From Bugula neritina (taxonomy: Eukaryota; Animalia; Bryozoa), in contig OZ037766.1 of the NCBI GenBank assembly GCA_964035545.1, positions 7,678,722 to 7,742,721 on the forward strand: 64,000 nucleotides of DNA, written 5' to 3'. Below, piece by piece: positions 12,561 to 24,000 of this stretch; within the stretch, counting starts at the first letter, position 1, and every line of letters begins with the position of its first letter. The notes beneath the pieces are model-generated. The model had not been told where the DNA came from, did no database searches, and saw nothing but the letters and a program-made list of their open reading frames with translations. The position numbers and the translations under genes were made by a program.

Positions 12561-14366
12561 AGTTGCTTGGTAGCAGAACAAATGGGATGTTTGGGAGTAA
12601 AAACTTTCAACAGTACAAAACGCAGCAGCCATCAGTAAAACAACACATCCTGCTATAGATGCAGTCTTCTTATATTGGTTTTTTCAAGAAACAGACATTG
12701 GAATTTGTATCAAATTGATTGAAAAAGAAGCAATATAATAGCAATATTTTCATAGTAATTCCAGCTATTGTGATTTCTCTAAACTAAATTGTAAACATAC
12801 AGAATTGGCGGCAGAACAGTGATTGCATTCAGCAACACAAATTGAGAATGCCAAGTTTATTCAACCCCCAATGGAAAGGAAAAAAATAGTTTCACCTAAC
12901 CTTTTCTATATCAAAAAATTAATTGAACATCAGAACACATTGATCATGCTCAAAAAGTGAAAGTTAAGACTGCAGAGCCAGATCTATAACATAAGAATGT
13001 GACTTCCAAATTAAAATTTTTATGAAGATGAGACAAGGAATAATAGAAGTATAAGGGCGAGAGAAAGTAACATATACTAGCCAGTCCACTCTTGGATAGT
13101 GGAAAAAATTACTTGGACCAAAGAAGTTATCTTTTTATTATGCAAGCCGTTGCTAATTGCAATTATACATTAATGCATATTCAGAGACATTCATATGGAC
13201 ACAACACCTTTTGCTCATGGTGCCCATGTCTACAGTTACCTCTTCACATCATTCTTCGAGCAGAAAAAAAACAAATAGGGTGTTCATTTCAATGGCGACA
13301 CAGTACCACCTCACATGTTAGGTGAACCTCTGTACTTTACACTTGAAACAGTTTACCAGAGATAGTTTGAAAATAAAGTGCCGAGATTTGGCATTTGCAT
13401 TTGACAAACTAAAAGTTGAAAAACTAAAGAAGACTAATGATGTTAGATTCCAGATCACAAATAGATTGATAAAAATATTAAAAAAACAGCAATCCGGGAA
13501 CCTCCTAAAAATTTAAGTATTAGAAGACAAGTGAAAAACCACTCATAATTCTTTTCTTTTCAAAAATGTTGGCTAAATTCTGATGAAATGTTTTTAGAAT
13601 AAGATTTAATTTCTTAATTAGGTAGAGATTGAGATGAAATGCTGAGTTTTAAATGTTTGCAATCATTACCAATTCACTCTTCAATCGCAAAACTCCTCAG
13701 AAGATGGTATTTCTAACTGTAAAGAATTAAATAAAGAGTCAACATGATAGCCTTTATTACCAATACCACTAGATTGTTGAACTTGTCTTTTTAGCCTTTC
13801 AAAGATGAGATTTGTTGTTTTATTAAATAGTTTTGGTTTCCTATGCAGCAGTCAGCTGCCAAATATTAGATAAGGCCTAACCATTACCTTTGTCAAAGCC
13901 AGCTTCTAGGGTTTTGACAGGAACCAGTTTATCTCTCTTGTAAGGTCATCACATGTGTCCCTATATTTAGCTGACCTTGATTGTTACTAATTTTATATTT
14001 AATTACTTCTCTTTGTGATTGCCCTGGTATTTAAGGCAGCTTAGAAACCCCAGGAAAGAAAGTCACTCATGTAGCCCAAGCTGTGCTACCTATTGTATTT
14101 GTTAAGTGACCAAGTTAATAAGGTTAGATTTTTGAAGATATAGCAAGCTTGTCAGGAGAATAGAGACATCATCATTTATTACTATTATTTACTATTTTCA
14201 ACATGGTGCTTTACGTGTTTTATGAAAACTTTTTTTGCCTTTATATCTTAATATTGTAAAAAATTGCAGTTCCATCAGAAGTAACACAACTCCCATACTT
14301 CGCTTTGCTACCTTAGCGTAGTACTTAGAAGTTATAACTATGATACACCATGCTATCTCTTATTAC

Positions 14367-14450
14367 ATTGGCTGAGGATTGGCTCATTTGGATTGGCTAA
14401 TAATCACCTGATCATTAGCACCTTAGAACAGCTGCACACGTATATAAGGA
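14367..14450 (+). promoter_or_regulatory. Putative Pol II promoter: three inverted CCAAT boxes plus TATA box
   Basis: ATTGG three times within 14367-14397, then TATATAAGG at ~14441, upstream of the zinc-knuckle ORF. Confidence 0.45.
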
Positions 14451-14720
14451 CTGTGATGCTATCAATTATATAGTTTATTCTTACTTATATCGTTTTCAGT
14501 CGGTGTTGTATAATTCGCATATCATAAATTTTTCTCTATACTCGATTTTTTGGGTTACTAATCTGCAAGCATCTTGTTTTAAATACCCATACAAATTCTG
14601 AGGAAGTGGTGCAACCCGACAGAGAACAAACTGCTGTCGTCACCAGGAGTGGTAGGCAAATTAGGAATAGATTTGATGATCATGTGTATTATTGATTGTT
14701 TTTCACTATGTTTTAGAAAC

Positions 14721-15500
14721 ATGAGCGAAGAACAATCTAACAGCGACCAGAAATGGAAGGTAAAAAAGAAAAAAACCTGTGGCACGAGGGGAGTCCACCG
14801 ACTCAGAAGAAGGCACTAGGACCAGCAAGTCACACTTGGTGATAAAGGAGAAAAAGAGACTACTGTTACAGCAGCATTCATCACAAGGCACAACCAGCCT
14901 AGAAGGGTCCTGTATGGCAACAGGGGCAAACTGAGCTGCATGCTCTGCAGGACTAAGAGGGACCAAATAGAGGCCCACTGTCCGGGACACTTCTGCAACA
15001 AGTGCCACGAACATGGTCGCTGGGCTAGGGACTGCCCCCGCAACACCCCGTGTAGGTGGTGCCACGGCAATGAACACCAGGTAGAGGAATGCCCGTTGGG
15101 TGGTAGAACATTCACAACCACCTCAGTCAAAAGGTCTGCAGATGAGGTCAAGACAGCAAACACACCCACCGGCCCCGAACATGCTATGGTGGCAAGGTTG
15201 GAGAACACTACGCGAAGCTATGCTTCCGCAGTAAGTAACCTGACAACTAAAAACAAACCTGCTACTAGTACACATGCTAGCATAGGTTCTTTTATAGACA
15301 GTTTCTGTGGCTGCAAGGAGGAGGACCTCAGACTCCAGATCGAAATTGTCAAAAAAGAGCGAGAGATTGAGATAAGACGCCATGAGGCTAAAATGACTGA
15401 GTTGGCGAAGAGGGAAAAGGAGGCGTTCCGTAACACAAGAAACCATTCCAAACTGCAGTCAATCCTGACTCAGCTCAAGGATGTGCAAGAGGATATATAA
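14721..15500 (+). pseudogene. Zinc-knuckle (CCHC, gag/ORF1-like) plus coiled-coil ORF, interrupted
   Basis: ATG 14721 is in frame with ORF 14940-15500 but a TAG at ~14817 interrupts it; knuckles CMLC-x10-C (degenerate), CNKCHEHGRWARDC (H replaced by R) and CRWCHGNEHQVEEC (intact); charged helical C-terminus; AATAAA at ~15522. Confidence 0.6.
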
Positions 15501-16692
15501 TATTGAAAATGCCTCTTGAGCAATAAAATTAAAATATGATATAGACAACAATTGAGATTTTCTGCAGCTGTTTCAATAATACTTTTCTATTTGCCTTCAC
15601 ATATAATAATATTTCAGTGCTTTGCCAAGTCAAACTAAAAAAACCAGCTCTCAGTCTTAAGCCAGAAAAAAGGGGCCTACAGCAAAGAAAAGGACACAAT
15701 AAATATGTGCAAACACCTAGAAGAATGCAGAAAAAGATTAGAAGCAAAGCTGTTCAATGCTGGTATATAGAAATATGGCAAAATAGTATTGTTCACTTAG
15801 CTCAAAAACTGAATTCATAGCTTTTCTCCATATTTATTTTTATTTAAAATGCATGGTCTAATGCAACAAAAAAAAACAAAAATTCTTTTTCATTAGTATA
15901 AAAAGTCAACTTTTGTGTAATGAAAATAATATTTTTAATTTTCCACCTTATATATATATGTATATATATATATATATATATAGGAAGTTAACGTGGTTCA
16001 ACCCTCCTTTTAGTAAAAACGTAACTAATAACATCGGAAAAGAGTTTATCAAAATCACCAGCGAGGAGTTTCCTCCAAGCCATGAACTCTACAGAATTTT
16101 TAATAGTAACATAGCAGCAATTATAAATGGTCACAATAAGAAAGTATTGAAATCAGAAGAACATGAACACCACACCAAGCCATGCAACTGCAAAACTAAA
16201 AGCAATTGCCCACTGAGTGGCCAGTGCTGCACTGAGGCTGTCGTTTACCAGGCAACAGTCACAAACAACAACAACACCCAGTAGAGACATACGTGGGACT
16301 AACCCAGAACCAGTTCAAGTATCGGTACAATAACCACACAGCCAGCTTCAAGAACACCAGTAAACAAAACTCCACTGAGCTGAGCAAATATATCTGGAAA
16401 TTAAAGAACAATAACATAGCTTATGAGATAAAGTGGAAAATTCTAGCCAGAGCACAACCATGAACAAGCCATCACCACTCTGCAAGCTGTGCCTGCTAGA
16501 AAAATACTTCATAATTTGCAAGCCACACCTATCCTCACTCAACAACCGCAATGAGATCATAACAACATGCAGGCACGCTAGAAAGCTCCTCCTAGAGAAT
16601 GTGACTTGACATTTTAATCTTCTTAATTACTTTTATTCCATCTATTTATGTATTTTAAACCATTGGCTTTATAGCTTTTACACACATTTCTC

Positions 16693-16885
<193 letters not shown>

Positions 16886-16916
16886 GTATGTTTTTATTCT
16901 TGTTATATTACATCTT

Positions 16917-16977
16917 AACATTTTATCTGAAGATTGTGTACATTCAATGCACATGAAACTAGTAGTAATAAAGTGTT
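16917..16977 (+). ncRNA. Type I hammerhead ribozyme (PLE-associated, minimal)
   Basis: Stem I AACATTTTAT/ATAAAGTGTT; core CTGAAGA (16927-33); stem II TGTGTA/TGCACA under a U-U pair; GAAA (16955-58); stem III ACT/AGT; predicted cleavage after GTA at 16967. Confidence 0.8.
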
Positions 16978-17002
16978 TTAAATCAAATTTTATAGTTCAT
17001 TA

Positions 17003-17033
<31 letters not shown>

Positions 17034-17036
<3 letters not shown>

Positions 17037-17665
17037 AGGCCACTATAACATCACCAAACAGCTCAAACACATACATCGGACTATGTGAAACCAACTTTAA
17101 AAAGCGCCTATACAATCACACCTGCTCTTTTAAGCATAAAAGATACAGAAATGCCACAGAGTTGAGTAAGCATATATGGTATCTAAAAGACAAAGGCACC
17201 AGCTACACTATCAACTGGAAGATCATTAGTCATGCGCCCAGCTATAACCCCAACTCTAAACGTTGCATGCTATGCATTTTAGAAAAATATTATATTATAT
17301 GCAAACCCAGCCTATGTACATTAAATAAAAGATCTGAGTTCACATCAACATGCAGGCATAGCTCTAAATTTTAGTTAAGCTTTGTTTTATGATGATGCCT
17401 ATTTCTCCTTTTAATACTTTAGCTATATTTTAAATCCATACATTTTTTACATTCCAATTCTGTTATTTCACTATTTTATACATCACCTTGAAGAGTGGCA
17501 GTAATTTTATGCTACGAAACAAATTTGTAGGTGATATAATTGATTTTAAATAAAAGATCTTAGTCAATTACAACCTTCATACTTATAGTATTTAGCTCAA
17601 TTTTCATAGAAGATTTTGAGCACTATTTGATAACTAGTATTATAATATACATTTTACATATTTTA
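17034..17665 (+). mobile_element. Penelope-like element (Naiad-type) 3' fragment 2
   Basis: [74 protein letters not shown]; starts directly after (TA)n; diverged from fragment 1; hammerhead motif in the 3' region. Confidence 0.87.
17482..17535 (+). ncRNA. Type I hammerhead ribozyme with C3>U core change
   Basis: Stem I ATCACC/GGTGAT; core TTGAAGA; stem II GTGGCA/TGCTAC; GAAA; palindromic stem III ACAAATTTGT; H17 = A17529. Confidence 0.72.
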
Positions 17666-18016
17666 TATGTGTGTGTGTGTGTTTTAACATATCATTATGT
17701 ATGCTTGTATTATTGGTTGTAGTTTTTACAATTTAGAAGGATTAATAAATGTGAGAGATTTATTTAATCATCTTGAGTCGGTACTAAAACAGCTTTTGTG
17801 ACGAGACCTTGCTCAACACTAACTTTACTTTCAATATATTTTTTGAACAGCCATCGGTGGGCAACCTAATAATCAGTTTTACAAACTGTAAGACAATACT
17901 CACAGCTGCACTGGTATCTGGGCCTTAAGCGCAAATTTCTAAAAAAATTTCAAAAATGTATAACTGTATTCCTAGCACTATTACCTAGTTAAAACTACTA
18001 TTTTATGAACTTTAAA

Positions 18017-21000
18017 TCAAAAATGAATGGCTGACTGCAGCCTCAATTTTTGTATTTGGCTAAGTAGAGCCAACAGAGGGCTGGTATCAAAAGGGTTGAG
18101 ATTGTTGATACTCATCTGATGGAGGCTAGAGTGCAGTCTCTCCAGAACCTGTAGCACACTGGTAAGAGTGGGCTCAGGTGTCACCACACTCTCCTCACTT
18201 ATCAAACTGGCACAACCTTCACTCTCAGAATCAGTGCAGTCGTTGTATGACATCAGAGATTCAAAGCCAGTTGTTATGGCAAAAACCTGGCTGAAAATAT
18301 AATTAATATTATAAACATTACTTACAAATTAGCCAATCAAATAAAAGCAATTGAAAACTTTCGTTCCCAGCTTTAGGATATGTTTTAAAATGATATAAAA
18401 AACAAATATCAAAATACAAATATCAAAAATTTTTGTTTTCAGAAGTAAATTTACGAGATGAAAATTCAAAGAAATTGTAAGCACTTCAAGCAAGCAATGG
18501 CATTTTTTTGTTACTACTTCAAAATCGAGCACCTAGTAGAGTACTTTGACTTTCAATGCATAATACTAATTCAATACAACAATTCTAAAATGTAACTGAT
18601 TATTTAAAAGAGTAAAGGAGACAAATGAAGAAAAATATTTTAGGTTCCAGAAAATTTAGATTGAAAGTAATTAATTACAAAGGATATGGCTATTGGCTGC
18701 TATAATTATAGAGCTTAAAGAATAAAACTACATGGAAATACAAGCATAAGGCAAGTGAAAATACAGCAAGCATGGTAATTCTAAGAGTAGCTTACTGAAT
18801 TGCAATCTTCAACACGAAAGGCAGAAAGCAGAAATTTTTAGAAAATGCATGAACAGAAAACCGGTTAGAGTCTGTAGCAACTACTGAATAACGCCAGTAT
18901 TTTTTTTTTATAAGAATACTAAAACTAACATAATTATAGTAAATGTAATAAATACTAATAGTAAAACAGCTCCAATAACAGAAATGTGGTGAATTTTAAC
19001 GATCATTTGGTAAAAAATTGTCAGCAAGCGTAAGTTCCTTAAGTTATATATTTATAAGCCTAGGTAAAATGGAAAATTTTTTTAGATTGGGCATGTAATA
19101 CTTCCATTAAAACTTATGATCTCAATTGTATTGACAGTTAACAGGTCACCTGTCTGTTGTGCACTGAAACGCTGAGCTTTCTTCCATGTCATCATCTAAC
19201 ACTGATGCTGTGAGAATACTTTGCCAGTTGGAGATGAGGTGATGCATCACAGATAAGAAGTACCGGAGAAAGCAGGTCTCGGGAGATATTATAAGGTCAA
19301 GGACTACCGAGTGATCGTGGGAAATGTGACCAATGAAGGTGCAAAACATCATCCATGGATTCAGGTTCTCCAAGTTGATTAGACCAACGTTATCTCTTGA
19401 AATAGTCAATATTGGGTTGTAAGGAATATTATGACATCAAGATTTAATGCTAAAAATTATATAGAACAGCAACAGTTTTATTGATATATCATATATGAAT
19501 AAGTAATGAGAAAATAGTAAGTACATTATATGCAAGAATCAGAATAACCTTCATTCATCATTTAAAAACCCAGTATAAGAGAAGAGCCATTAAACTTAAA
19601 AGTAATTACCATCTCAGTCAGTCATTAAAAAATCGCTGACACACTTGACTTATGCAGTACTAAAATATTCTTATATATGTTAGTTTTCCTTTGTATACTG
19701 TTTTAAGGTCAGATGCCTAAACAATTTTGTTTTATAATGAATTTTGTGGGAGTATGTACTGAAATGGTTTGGGATTTCTGATCGCCTGGAAATGACATTT
19801 TTGGTAGGCTTTGACTTTACCTCTACTATAAAACTTAAGTCTTACACTAATTATAGCTTATAGCTATCTTTCATTACATGGTATTGTTAGCTGCTGCACT
19901 GCATGGTAAAAGTGATTTCTGTCAAACGTCAAGCTAATTCAATTATACCCTCCCCCACAACTACAGTTTGTTCAGTTGTGAAGAGTTATTCTTTTAAGAT
20001 TACTTGTCTATATCGTGATGCCAGCAAGGATAACAGAGTCTTAAAGGATTGCTCTATCTTGTCTAATAAATGGCCATTTAGGTCAAACACACATAATATT
20101 GTGTTTTTCTAAGCATGCATTGACAAAAAGCATTTGACCAAAGGTAGAAAAAGTTAGTTGAAGTTGAGGGTGTAGATTGGTAACAGCCAAAACGCCGATT
20201 TTGAAATGAGCTGGGAAATGTGACGTAACAGCGCCAGCATTCCTGCTGGTCACGTGACTATACAAATGAATAACTATAGAAATATGACTGTGAGATGTGA
20301 TCTTTCAGCTCGTAATTTGTATATTTATAGAAGTGCAAATGTGAATTATCTCAATCTATAGTTTTTTGACATTTTAAATAATAGTGGGGGTGCCAACATG
20401 TAAAAATGGGCGGGTGGAGCACATCAATACTAACCTTTGTTGCTATATATCACTGCAAAGCCAACATTCTACTGATCTCAGATCTGCGAGTACCTTTTTT
20501 GTATCTGGGGGGGTTCTCTCGTGAGAGGGGTGGATATACAGGGGTTCAGCATTTTTCAAAGGGGGACTATGGAACTCTAAATATTTAATTTTCTGAGTAG
20601 TTTAAGTTTGACATTAAAAATATTTTCAAGAAATGTTGTATACATATGAAACTTTCTCTAACAAAAATTTTGACCAAAAATAAAAAAGTGGGCGGAGCCT
20701 ATAATATGACAAACTACTTTTTTGCATATACCGGATATTCTCTAAACTGCTACTTTTCTGTTCTAGCATTTAGAGTGTTGATTTTTGGTATGAAAATACT
20801 CTATTGTGTTCTAATAATGCTCTCCGATTTTCATTACGTTCTGAACTATATAACATCTTTCCCAACCATGACAAATAAAAAACATAAAACGGGAGTTATC
20901 TCCTCCGTTAAAAATTATTGCATTTCTACCCAATAATATTGCTCTTTGTTGATAGGAACAACATCAGCATGATAAAAATGTATTCTTAGTGTATTTATAT

Positions 21001-24000
21001 TAGCTTATTGACTTATTTTGAATAATTGATTACGATCAATACTATTGAGTATTAATATTCAATATATATTGTAGAAATTGAGTGTCAGCAATAATTAACA
21101 GACCACTAATATTCGATTTTTTATCCATAAGTATAGTAACATAAAATATGGTTCATAAAAAAGTAATATTATGATTTCAGCATCACAAGCAATTACTATG
21201 CTCTTTTATATCAGATATTGGTAGACATTTGTAATTGTATTTATTTATAAATAAGATAGTATTTAAAATTTTAATTTACAATAGATCAAGCTTTATTACA
21301 AAGTTTTGTTATCTCTAGCGTTTATATACCAAATTAAATATATTATAATTCTTCATCAGAACTGTGTTTGTTGCCATCATCATCATAATCAGGCTTTTTG
21401 TTTGAAAAAGAAGACTGGCCACTTTTGTTGTTGCAATCGAAACATTCACATAAACCACAGCATTTCATCATCAGGCGCTTGGGTTTGCATGCTTTACTCT
21501 TACAGCCTGCTTTTTTGCATTTACATGCTGTTAAAATCACATCTGCGTTTCTCTCAAAATCATATTTTATTGGAGTCAAGTTAGTATCCCAACCATGGTC
21601 ACAAATTGGTTGATGAAGTAAAATAGGTGTAAAAGCAAGTTGCCAAAGTGTAACTTGATAATTGGCTCGTTTCACGTGATATTCTAGGGAATTCCTACTA
21701 GGTGGTAGCTGTGCTTCACTGGAGACATTTTTTAAAGCCAATATTTTATATCTTGCTTCAGTGATATCATCATAGGCACCATATAGGTTGGAGACAAATC
21801 ATTCACACTCCAAGTATGTTTCTTCTGATACTGGGGACCAATCATCAGAACCTAAAGACAGATTATAGCTTTCCTTTTCAAGTACCTCCAAAGCACGCTT
21901 TTTAGATATTCGGAAGATAGAACTTACTGAGTCACAACCTGTAAGTGCATGGAGTGATAATAGATTCTTGAGAACTTTTTGTAGATTTTTTTGGCTGATT
22001 CAAAAAGAGATATAATATATATCTTCTGTGACTCCCCATTCCAACGAAGATTACTACATCTTTATTAGCCTGCTCAGTTAAAACATTACTAAGATGATGT
22101 TAAGCGCAATAATAGCAACATCGGTATCTACTGATCTTATTACTACCAAATCGTAATCACTCAGTGCATCAGCTGCATCAAGGATTAATCTCGTGTCTGC
22201 TTCATCATGATTGGATTTCAATTTGTTACAATTTGAATGATAATCGTTTTGCAGAACACAGACTTCTTTGGCGCTACACACTAAAAATGTACCAGCTGGA
22301 ATTTTCTCAATATGTCTACTCCATGCACCTTCACTCTACCAACTCATTTTTGTTGTGAATATTGCTCAGAAAAGCATTCCAGTTTTTAGGAACAGGCAGG
22401 TTGTTATGAATAATGGAAATAGAGCACATCTATTGGGCACCCCGTCTAATACGCTCTTGTGCTTTAATTAATGTTTCAGAATACACGTCAAACACTACAT
22501 CAAACCTTGTATATGCTTTGCCACATTCAAGAAATATTTCCAACATCTTCAGAGCATAGCTATAAAAAGTGCCTGATGTTTTTGTCGAGTGAAGTATGCA
22601 CATACCATCAATAATGATCGATTTGTTGGTGGACAGTTGACTATCATCATTGGAGGCCCTGTTTCCAAGATATTTCTGTTCCAAAATATGCATTAGTTGC
22701 AATTTGCATGTTTTTCTCATCTGTCCGTTTTCAGTAAATAGAGCAAGAGGAATGGGACCAATTTCTTTCTCTAGAACTGTATGCAAATCTTGGGCACTTT
22801 TGGCACTTATGAGAAGTTTAGCAAATGATATTTTAGGAACATTTGGTTTAATGGCCGGTTGAAGTAATTTAGCCACAAAGTCAAAGGAAGGGATTTTAAG
22901 CCGGTGAATAGCAGTGTAAAATGGTTTTATTGCATTCAAAAGTCTATCTTGAATTAACTTTTGAGCCATTTCTCCTCCCTGAGCCATAGCAGTCATATAT
23001 TTAATTTGGTATATAAACGCTAGAGATAACAAAACTTTGTAATAAAGCTTGATCTATTGTAAATTAAAATTTTAAATACTATCTTATTTATAAATAAATA
23101 CAATTACAAATGTCTACCAATATCTGATATAAAAGAGCATAGTAATTGCTTGTGATGCTGAAATCATAATATTACTTTTTTATGAACCATATTTTATGTT
23201 ACTATACTTATGGATAAAAAATCGAATATTAGTGGTCTGTTAATTATTGCTGACACTCAATTTCTACAGTATATATTGAATATTAATACTCAATAGTATT
23301 GATCGTAATCAATTATTCAAAATAAGTCAATAAGCTAATATAAATACACTAAGAATACATTTTTATCATGCTGATGTTGTTCCTATCAACAAAGAGCAAT
23401 ATTATTGGGTAGAAATGCAATAATTTTTAACGGAGGAGATAACTCCCGTTTTATGTTTTTTATTTGTCATGGTTGGGAAAGATGTTATATAGTTCAGAAC
23501 GTAATGAAAATCGGAGAGCATTATTAGAACACAATAGAGTATTTTCATACCAAAAATCAACACTCTAAATGCTAGAACAGAAAAGTAGCAGTTTAGAGAA
23601 TATCCGGTATATGCAAAAAAGTAGTTTGTCATATTATAGGCTCCGCCCACTTTTTTATTTTTGGTCAAAATTTTTGTTAGAGAAAGTTTCATATGTATAC
23701 AACATTTCTTGAAAATATTTTTAATGTCAAACTTAAACTACTCAGAAAATTAAATATTTAGAGTTCCATAGTCCCCCTTTGAAAAATGCTGAACCCCTGT
23801 ATATCCACCCCTCTCACGAGAGAACCCCCCCAGATACAAAAAAGGTACTCGCAGATCTGAGATCAGTAGAATGTTGGCTTTGCAGTGATATATAGCAACA
23901 AAGGTTAGTATTGATGTGCTCCACCCGCCCATTTTTGCATGTTGGCACCCCCACTATAACATGTATGTGATAACATTAGGCCATATTTTGCTTGTAAACA

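Noticed and set aside
14706-15451. Several minus-strand ORFs
   Set aside because: Antisense shadows of the GC-richer zinc-knuckle ORF.
16455-16470. In-frame TGA in PLE fragment 1 as possible selenocysteine (some Naiads encode selenoproteins)
   Set aside because: The TGA comes from a 2-nt frameshifting insertion at a Tyr position, not a Cys position, and no SECIS was recognised.
20406-20936. ORFs duplicated identically at 23402-23932
   Set aside because: Chance ORFs inside the Academ TIRs; the duplication only reflects the inverted repeat.
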